From: Nanobdellota archaeon
GTDB lineage: Archaea > Nanobdellota > Nanobdellia > Woesearchaeales > UBA11576
Length of the DNA: 64,000 nt
Assembly: GCA_042576705.1 (NCBI GenBank)
Contig: JBHPEY010000001.1
Coordinates: forward strand, 72,980 to 136,979
Direction: 5' to 3'
The stretch's first letter is position 1, and each line of letters starts with the position of its first letter. Under the pieces are notes generated by a model that ran no database searches, had not been told where the DNA came from, and saw only the letters and a list, made by a program, of their open reading frames with translations. Positions 57,742-64,000 of this stretch are shown piece by piece. The position numbers and the translations under genes were made by a program.

Positions 57742-59295
57742 GTGGATAAGTTTAAATATCAGTCTATGGTCTATAGTTCAACGGCGATGAATGCTAATAA
57801 TAATGAGGTGAGCCGTTTGAGTTCTAGAGATGATGTGCTATCCAGTTCCAGTTCTCCTAAGCATTATGATGTTGCGATAGTGGGTGCAGGTCCTGCAGGG
57901 CTTTTTGCTGCCTACGAGCTTGTGCAGCATAACATGAAAAGCACGGGTAGGAAGATTTCGGTGCTGTTGATCGACAAGGGCAAGGCTATCGAGACCCGCA
58001 AGAAATCAGAGGTGATGTGCGGGGTCGGTGGGGCTGGCACGTTCTCTGATGGGAAGCTGCATTTCACTCCTGTGCTCTCGCATGAAAAGATGCTGCACCT
58101 GTTCTCTGTGTCTGAGTACCAGACGTTCATCGATTATGTGGATGAGGTGCTGACTGAGTTCGGGGTCGATGCGCCTTACTATCCTAAAAGTGATTCTGGT
58201 GCGCAGGACCTTGTGGATGAGTGCAAGAAGCACGGGATACAGCTGTTCATCCGGAAGGCGCGGCACGTGGGAAGCGATAACCTGCCAGGGATCATAAAGG
58301 ACTTCCAGGACTTCATCGTGAAGAATGATGTCGAGTTGATGACAGAGACAGAGGTCGGGGATGTCCTTATCGAGGATGGGAGATGTGTCGGGGTTGTGTT
58401 GTCTGATGGGAGACGGGTGAAAGCTGATTTTACTCTGCTCGCGCCAGGGCGTGTCAATGCGCGATGGATGCAGGAGCTCTGCAAGGAGCATGGCATTGAT
58501 TTCGCCTATGAGAAGGTTGAGGTCGGGGTGCGGGTCGAGTTCCCGAGCGTGATAATGAAGAAGCACGCTGACATGATGTATGAGACAATATTCAGATTGT
58601 ATACACCTACGTTTGATGATCCTATCCGGACATTCTGTCCATGCCCAAATGGGATGGTGGCTGTTGAGGAGTATGATGGGTTCGTGTGCGTGAATGGGCA
58701 TAGTAATTCTGACCATAAGAGCGAGAACAGCAATTTCGCGTTTGTTACTGAGATCAACCTGACTGAGCCTGTTGAGAATACCACGCTGTACGGGAAATCG
58801 ATCGCTCTGCTTGCTACTACTATCGGTGGCGGGAAACCGATTGTCCAGAGGTTGACTGATCTGAAGGCTGGGCGGCGGAGCACCAAGGCTCGGTTCGAGA
58901 AGAGCTTCATGGAAAGGACTCTGATGGAGGCTGTGCCAGGGGATATCTCGATGGCGCTGCCGCATCGTGTGGTCACCAATATAATCGAGGGGCTTGAGAA
59001 ACTGGACAAGGTGATGCCGGGAATCAATTCTGATAATACATTCCTTTATGCACCTGAGATCAAGCTGCGTGGGAGCAAGATCGAGACCAGTAAATACCTT
59101 GAGACAGCTGCTGTTGAGAACCTGTTTGTCGCAGGGGATGGTGCAGGTGTTGCAGGGAATATTGTTGGGGCTGCTGCTACAGGGGTGATCGCTGTTAAGG
59201 GGATATTGGGAAAGGTGGTTGCAGGAAGAGCAGCAGAACCTGAGAAAGGCGATGTCCGTCTTTATGCGACAACAAAGACAGATATTCGTGAATGA
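57742..59295 (+). CDS. FAD-dependent oxidoreductase (uncharacterised FAD-dependent dehydrogenase family)
   Basis: VAIVGAGPAG, GVGGAGTFSDGKL, VEVGVRVE, RTFCPCP.G.V, VNGHS, GDGAG; true start probably downstream of 57742. Confidence 0.9.
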   Translation: MDKFKYQSMVYSSTAMNANNNEVSRLSSRDDVLSSSSSPKHYDVAIVGAGPAGLFAAYELVQHNMKSTGRKISVLLIDKGKAIETRKKSEVMCGVGGAGTFSDGKLHFTPVLSHEKMLHLFSVSEYQTFIDYVDEVLTEFGVDAPYYPKSDSGAQDLVDECKKHGIQLFIRKARHVGSDNLPGIIKDFQDFIVKNDVELMTETEVGDVLIEDGRCVGVVLSDGRRVKADFTLLAPGRVNARWMQELCKEHGIDFAYEKVEVGVRVEFPSVIMKKHADMMYETIFRLYTPTFDDPIRTFCPCPNGMVAVEEYDGFVCVNGHSNSDHKSENSNFAFVTEINLTEPVENTTLYGKSIALLATTIGGGKPIVQRLTDLKAGRRSTKARFEKSFMERTLMEAVPGDISMALPHRVVTNIIEGLEKLDKVMPGINSDNTFLYAPEIKLRGSKIETSKYLETAAVENLFVAGDGAGVAGNIVGAAATGVIAVKGILGKVVAGRAAEPEKGDVRLYATTKTDIRE

Positions 59296-59299
59296 GTGT

Positions 59300-59575
59300 T
59301 TTTTGATAAATAAACAGCTTTCGATATAAGCCAATGAATGCGATGCGCAGTAGTGGCTACAGGGGTTCGAAAGCTGGGTATTGTTCTTTCAGCGCGGCCT
59401 TGCACAAGCCTGGTCACTTATTCTGCTGCATTAAGAAAATTTGGTAGAGCAGCTGCGTTTTCAGTAATCAGGCTTGTGTCTGTCAAATCTCCAGAACGAT
59501 GGATCAGCTTTGGTGCTAATCCTGTATCTATTGTCATAACCACATCTGCCTCTAAAACCCAAGCTGAATTATTTA
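59300..59575 (-). repeat. Dispersed six-box intergenic element, copy F (reverse orientation)
   Basis: On the + strand: CAGCTTTCGA(59315-24)-N42-TCGAAAGCTG(59367-76)-N28-CAAGCCTGGT(59405)...ATCAGGCTTG(59476)-N28-CAGCTTTGGT(59505-14)-N42-ACCCAAGCTG(59557-66). Confidence 0.92.
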
Positions 59576-59647
59576 TTTAAAAAACAAATCATGCTTCTAT
59601 TATCTGAACGGAAACATTTATATCAAACTCCAATTTCCCTGCTTGGC

Positions 59648-60301
59648 ATGGACAAGGAACAGATAATCTCAAAGACTGCCGAGTATGTCAAAGGATACTT
59701 CAAGGGTGAAAGCACCGGTCACGACTGGTGGCATACATATCGCGTGTGGAGAACATCACAGCATATCGGACAGCTCGAGCAAAAGGTAGATATGTTCATA
59801 GTAGAGATGGCTGCTCTGCTGCATGACGTTGATGACTTCAAGATAACAGGCGAGCACAGCGATGAGAAGAAGAATGCTATGGCCTGGATGACAGAATGCA
59901 GTGTGGATGCTGAGTATCAGAACAGTATAGTCGGAATCATCCAGAACATGTCATATACTGATAACATACACGGGCGGAAAGAGTTGTCTCTGGAAGGTCA
60001 GGTGGTGCAGGACGCTGACCGGCTTGACGCGCTGGGAGCTATCGGCATTGCGCGGTGCTTTGCTTATGGCGGGAAGAAAGGCAAACCTCTTCACGATCCT
60101 GATACAAAGCCTGATGAGGAGATGACTTCAGAGAAATACATCAGCAGTGTGGGGACTTCTGTAAATCATTTTTATGAGAAATTGCTGCTGCTTAAGGAGC
60201 TGATGAATACCGATGCCGGGCGCAAGGTCGCTGAGGGTCGGCATAAGTTCATGGAGCAGTATCTTGAGCAATTCTATAAAGAGTGGGAAGGCAAGGATTA
60301 A
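59648..60301 (+). CDS. HD-domain phosphohydrolase (YpgQ/YedJ-like)
   Basis: GHDWWH..RV, ALLHDVDD, QDADRLDALGAIGIAR.FAYGG, HFYEKLLLL; start moved to ATG 59648. Confidence 0.92.
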   Translation: MDKEQIISKTAEYVKGYFKGESTGHDWWHTYRVWRTSQHIGQLEQKVDMFIVEMAALLHDVDDFKITGEHSDEKKNAMAWMTECSVDAEYQNSIVGIIQNMSYTDNIHGRKELSLEGQVVQDADRLDALGAIGIARCFAYGGKKGKPLHDPDTKPDEEMTSEKYISSVGTSVNHFYEKLLLLKELMNTDAGRKVAEGRHKFMEQYLEQFYKEWEGKD

Positions 60302-60317
60302 GAAATCTATTTCTGAT

Positions 60318-61835
60318 CTATTCAGCGAAGACCTGTGCCTGGTAGACCTCTACCTTTGCTTTCTTCCAGCAGTCTGCGGGTGAGCCTTGTTTCTTGCAGA
60401 GCGACTCTAAGAATGTCTTCTTGTCAGTGATCTGTTCCCAGACCTGCGGCAGGTATGTGGAGGTGCGCCAGCCTGATCTGAGCACTACGCCATCTACATT
60501 TGGCCGGAGCTTGTTGAGAAGGTCGTCTGGTGATTCGTAGTCTATCTCCTGCGGCAGGGTGAGTACGCTTATGTCTATGTGGATGTCTGTCAGTTCATCT
60601 GTGGTGACTGGGGTGAATCGCATGTCTGCGCTGGCTGCGTTTATGGCGTTCTCTATCACGCACTCGTAGAGTGGTTTCTGCGGGATTATGTGGCCTATGC
60701 ATCCCCTTAGGTTCCCGTGCTTGTTGAGGGTGACAAAGCAGCCTCTTGTCTCTTTCATCTTGTCTGTGATCGGCAGGGTGTCTATGTTCGGCTGTTTCTT
60801 CTCTTTCACATACCCTTCAACAGTTGTCCTGGCCAGTTCAAGGAGGGCTTTCTGCTCGTTCGCATCGACTACCTCTGCCTTGAACTGCTCCTGCTCTGTG
60901 TAGAATGCGATGGAGCTGTAGCCTACAACACCTGACTTGTCGCCGCTTGTGTCTCCAGAGTTCTTGTAATCAAGTATCTTAGATTTCCAGCCGTACATGC
61001 CTGACAGCCTCAGGAGGATAAGGATTGATTCTTTTCCACAGGCCTCGCATGCTTCTGTGCCTGTGTAACTCTGGCTTTCCACCTGTTTTATGCATGCATT
61101 GTCGAGCTTTACTGCATCGTCGTATGGATGATAATGAGAGAGGTCTGAGGATATGATCACCATAGTGCTGTGGTCTATATACTTGCTTATCTCTTTTGCA
61201 GCGTCGTTTATGGTGTCCTGGTTGGCGCTGCCAACTATCATCGGGACAATCTCGAACTTGTCCCCAAGGATGCGCTGCAGGAACGGGAGTTCTACTTCCA
61301 GTATGTGTGCTGTATGTGCCTGTTGGTTGCTTGTGAAAGGCTTCTTTGCTGCGAGCTCTTCTGCTATGCTCGATATCTTTACTTTTCCCAATGGTGTCTT
61401 GTAATGGGTGTAGTTCGGGATTGATATCCCGTCGAAGTATGCGCCTTTTGCATGGTTGTTGCCTATGAGGAAGATAGTCTTTATCTCGCTCTTCTGTCTT
61501 TCGAGCTGCCTGAAGCCGTGGGCTGCTACCTGGCCGGAATACTTGTAGCCGGCGTGCGGGACTACGAGAGCTTTTATGTTGCCCAGCTGCCTGTCCTCTG
61601 TGTTTGAGATGAACGAGTCGACCATTATCTCCAGGCTGCCTTCTGCGTCCGGGTAGAATGTGCCTGCTACATATGCGCTTCTTGCTTTCTCCAGTCCCAG
61701 CTCTTCCAAGGGGTCTGAGCTTCCTGGTTTCAGGAAAGCTCCCTGGATGAATGCTAGGACGACGATGAAAGCGAAAAGAAGCCCTACTATTATGAAGAAC
61801 ATCTTGTCGGTCTTGTGTTTGTGCTCTTTTTTCAT
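60318..61835 (-). CDS. AmmeMemoRadiSam protein B (MEMO1) + protein A (AMMECR1) fusion with N-terminal TM anchor
   Basis: VAGTFYP, PHAGY.YSG, EVELPFLQ, SSDLSHY, then G.FVTL...G.LRGCIG, ISVLT, TYLPQVW; ATG 61835 overlaps the upstream TGA. Confidence 0.92.
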   Translation of the reverse strand: MKKEHKHKTDKMFFIIVGLLFAFIVVLAFIQGAFLKPGSSDPLEELGLEKARSAYVAGTFYPDAEGSLEIMVDSFISNTEDRQLGNIKALVVPHAGYKYSGQVAAHGFRQLERQKSEIKTIFLIGNNHAKGAYFDGISIPNYTHYKTPLGKVKISSIAEELAAKKPFTSNQQAHTAHILEVELPFLQRILGDKFEIVPMIVGSANQDTINDAAKEISKYIDHSTMVIISSDLSHYHPYDDAVKLDNACIKQVESQSYTGTEACEACGKESILILLRLSGMYGWKSKILDYKNSGDTSGDKSGVVGYSSIAFYTEQEQFKAEVVDANEQKALLELARTTVEGYVKEKKQPNIDTLPITDKMKETRGCFVTLNKHGNLRGCIGHIIPQKPLYECVIENAINAASADMRFTPVTTDELTDIHIDISVLTLPQEIDYESPDDLLNKLRPNVDGVVLRSGWRTSTYLPQVWEQITDKKTFLESLCKKQGSPADCWKKAKVEVYQAQVFAE

Positions 61836-63109
61836 TTCCAGACACCTTTTATGCTTTCGCCGCATGCCTTGCATGCGCCTGACTCGAAATTAGACATGTC
61901 GACAGAATACCCTCTTCTTTTTATAACTATCTTCCCGCAGCGTGGGCAGTGGGTGTGTTGAGCGGAATTGCCTGGTACGTTTCCTATGTATACATATTTC
62001 ATTCCAGCATCCATCGCAGTCTTTCTTGCTTTCTCCAGGGTCGCTACCGGCGTGCTCGGCAGGGAGGTCAGCTTGTGGAGCGGGTGGAATCTTGAGAAAT
62101 GAACAGGATAGTCAGGGCCTATGTTCTTGTAGAGCCATTCCATGCCGTCACGGATCGTGTCCAGGTTGTCTGTCCAGGTCGGGACTGCGAGCCAGGTCAG
62201 CTCTGTCCAGATATTCTTTTCGACTGCCAGCTTTATGGTGTTGAGGATCGGCTTCAGCCTTGCTCCATTGAGCTGCATGTAGATGCTGTTGTCGAAACCC
62301 TTCAGGTCGATATTTGCAGCGTCCATGTATTCGCTCAGTTGGGTGAGTGGCTCAGGGTTCATGTGGCCTGAGGTGACCCATACATTTCGCAGCCCTTTCT
62401 CATGCGCCAGTTTTGCAGTGTCGTACATGTACTCGTAGAATATTGATGGTTCTGAGTAGGTGTATGCGACTGACTTTGAACCTGTCTTGATCGCGTTCGC
62501 CACGACCTGCTCTGGGAACATCTCTGTGTTGTTGGTGTCTTCAGGCCTTGATTGAGATATCTGCCAGTTCTGGCAGTTCAGGCATCTCAGGTTGCAGCCT
62601 GCTGTGGCGATCGAGAAAATCCTTGTAGCAGGCAGGAAGTGGAAGAGCGGCTTTTTTTCCATCGGGTCTACATGGACTGCGCAGGGGTTGCCGTATACTA
62701 ATGAGTATAGCTTACCGTCTATGTTCACCCTTGCCCTGCATACTCCCCTGTCTCCAGGAGACAGGCGGCAGCCGTGCGGGCAGAGAAGGCAGTTGACGTC
62801 CTTGCCTGACTTCAGATAGTGGTATGCTTCCTTTGACCATTTCCAGGGTTCAGCTGGTGCAGAGTCCGGGAAGATGTGTGACTCTGCGCGGAGGGTGTGG
62901 CTTCCCTTGTTGAAGAGGAGTCGGTTGGCTGCATAGGCTGCTATGCCTATGCCTGCTGTGGCGATGGCTGCTCTCTTTATGAAGTCGCGTCTTGTGAGTC
63001 TCTTTTGGAGTGGGGATCCTGCGGGCTTGGCCTTATTCCTGCTCTTAGTCTTTGATTTAGAATGAGACTTGTGCTTAGTGCTCCTGCTGGAAGTTTTCTT
63101 ACCACCCAT
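61832..63109 (-). CDS. AmmeMemoRadiSam radical SAM enzyme with twin-arginine-like N-terminus
   Basis: CLLCPHGC...G.C.AR.N, DPMEKKPLFHF.P, GCNLRCLNCQNW (CxxxCxxC), YTYSEP, C-terminal CPRC; TRRDFIK followed by a hydrophobic stretch. Confidence 0.95.
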   Translation of the reverse strand: MGGKKTSSRSTKHKSHSKSKTKSRNKAKPAGSPLQKRLTRRDFIKRAAIATAGIGIAAYAANRLLFNKGSHTLRAESHIFPDSAPAEPWKWSKEAYHYLKSGKDVNCLLCPHGCRLSPGDRGVCRARVNIDGKLYSLVYGNPCAVHVDPMEKKPLFHFLPATRIFSIATAGCNLRCLNCQNWQISQSRPEDTNNTEMFPEQVVANAIKTGSKSVAYTYSEPSIFYEYMYDTAKLAHEKGLRNVWVTSGHMNPEPLTQLSEYMDAANIDLKGFDNSIYMQLNGARLKPILNTIKLAVEKNIWTELTWLAVPTWTDNLDTIRDGMEWLYKNIGPDYPVHFSRFHPLHKLTSLPSTPVATLEKARKTAMDAGMKYVYIGNVPGNSAQHTHCPRCGKIVIKRRGYSVDMSNFESGACKACGESIKGVWK

Positions 63110-63209
63110 CTTTCAGGGTGGAAGTCGGTCTAGAGGTATATAAAATCTTTCTCAACACCTGGATAAAAAGCACCCGCAGCGAGCTTCGAGGGCTGTTAGA
63201 GCAAGAGTC

Positions 63210-63332
63210 CCCTATAGCGAGGTTCTTGGTGTGGTCGGTTCCATCACGCGGCAGGCTGCAGGCACACCACCTAGATGAGTGTAATCGTAGAAGTCACTGC
63301 GTATCGCCTCGCTTTCCTAAATAGTAATAGGG
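63210..63332. ncRNA. Candidate structured small RNA
   Basis: CCCTAT(63210-15)/ATAGGG(63327-32), AGCGAGG(63216-22)/CCTCGCT(63307-13), TGGTGTG(63227-33)/CACACCA(63263-69), AGTG/CACT hairpin. Confidence 0.3.
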
Positions 63333-63524
63333 CAGAAGAATATTAATAATTCCGGGGTGAAGTGTATCACCTCAGTTGTTTAAAAGGGGGCTTTTAGAGG
63401 CCTCTCAGGGGCTTTAAATAATATATTAATGCGCAGGCAAAAGCTTATAATAAATATCATACTCACTTCTAACTGGTCAAGGCCGGAGCGATACAATAAA
63501 TAACCCTATTGAAGGTAGTCTCTA

Positions 63525-64000
63525 ATGTCAACAATCTTCGCTATGTATGCAAACCATGGAAAACCTGCTATAGTCCTTGCTGCAGATACACAGATGAGCA
63601 TGCATGATGAAGAGGACAAGCCCACCACAAAGAAACAATTCTCAAAAGTCCGGACAGCAAATAACCATGCTATCCTCTTCGCAGGCACATGGGACAACAA
63701 GCTTGAGGCATTCATATCCTACATCACAGGAGAACGGTCATACGACAGCTTTGTCAGATTCATAGCAGGCAGGAGCCCGAGAAAGGAATTCCCTGAGCTT
63801 GATACACTGCTGCATTACATGTCAAGGATAAAAGAACCTGCCCAACAGCGGATCAAAGCGGTCCTCACAGGGACTGCAGATAACATGAGCAGGATAGAAG
63901 AGGCAATATCCGAAGAGTGGAAGAATAGGGATGTATCAGAGGGCACGAAGACATGGACCGATGCAATACTTCTCGACGTGGCATACATGGCCACGCAGAC
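63525..64000 (+). CDS. Proteasome-beta/Ntn-hydrolase-like protein (5' part; runs off the window end)
   Basis: Hand translation: MSTIFAMYANHGKPAIVLAADTQMS...KKQFSKVRTANNHAILFAG, matching the T-x-[IV]...VLAAD...K......AG pattern; not in the ORF track. Confidence 0.6.
   Translation, partial: MSTIFAMYANHGKPAIVLAADTQMSMHDEEDKPTTKKQFSKVRTANNHAILFAGTWDNKLEAFISYITGERSYDSFVRFIAGRSPRKEFPELDTLLHYMSRIKEPAQQRIKAVLTGTADNMSRIEEAISEEWKNRDVSEGTKTWTDAILLDVAYMATQ

Noticed and set aside
58006-59334. 442-aa minus-strand ORF
   Set aside because: Antisense shadow of the FAD oxidoreductase, with His/Pro/Leu-rich nonsense composition.
15665-59575. Repeat element as a CRISPR array
   Set aside because: Boxes are inverted rather than direct, there are at most three spacers per locus, the spacers are homologous between loci, and no cas genes are present.
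15724-59580. Short ORFs running through the repeat copies (15724-16200, 38712-38951, 42406-42804, 45363-45629, 59338-59580), with similar peptides such as SALVL...PKL...LDG.SL
   Set aside because: The same frame has in-frame stops in copies A, C, E and F and a 1-nt shift in A and D, and there is no common start or RBS. Treated as non-coding, although several indels are multiples of 3, so a decayed coding origin is not fully excluded.
60979-61845. 288-aa minus-strand ORF
   Set aside because: Alternative frame overlapping the clearly conserved MEMO1-AMMECR1 gene; Arg/Gln-rich frame artefact.
63210-63332. RNase P RNA or hammerhead
   Set aside because: Only a loose AGGAAAG/AGAA echo. About 120 nt, no P2/P3, no bulged U and no pseudoknot; no GAAA after the GATGAG stem.
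1-64000. tRNA, rRNA, transposase or integrase genes
   Set aside because: No cloverleaf with T-loop and D-loop consensus, no rRNA-like tract and no DDE/Y1/tyrosine recombinase motifs were seen. GGTTCGAA at 59364 is part of repeat copy F.

Overview
This 64 kb window is archaeal, most likely DPANN/Woesearchaeota-like. That call rests on rpl21e-rpoF-DUF655, ZPR1, archaeal SepF and MetRS, GGTGA-type ribosome-binding sites, TTTATAAA boxes and class III signal peptides, mixed with bacterial-type genes (DEAD-box helicase, PPDK, Apt). Layout: (i) an AT-rich accessory patch at about 0.96-3.25 kb with attC-like cassette signatures; (ii) a double-nucleotidyltransferase gene; (iii) a + strand MoxR/DUF58/two-VWA operon; (iv) a ~22.5 kb minus-strand, translationally coupled operon of nine secreted or membrane genes. 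It holds two paralogous ~700 aa prepilin-like proteins, each followed by a large Ig/FN3 plus Cys-rich protein (1149 and 3239 aa) that share an unrecognised Cys-patterned helical domain; (v) housekeeping and salvage genes interspersed with orphans, including a PhoH with a degenerate PIN domain, an ADP-ribosyltransferase-like protein and a proteasome-beta-like protein; (vi) an AmmeMemoRadiSam pair carrying export signals. The strongest non-coding signal is a dispersed ~250-300 bp intergenic element in six copies. It is built from related 10-bp boxes in alternating orientation with nearly invariant spacing (10-42-10-28-10-49-10-28-10-42-10 in the most complete copies), diverged spacers and compensatory substitutions. 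No tRNA, rRNA, CRISPR array, integrase or transposase was seen. All family assignments come from motif recognition by eye; no database search was run.
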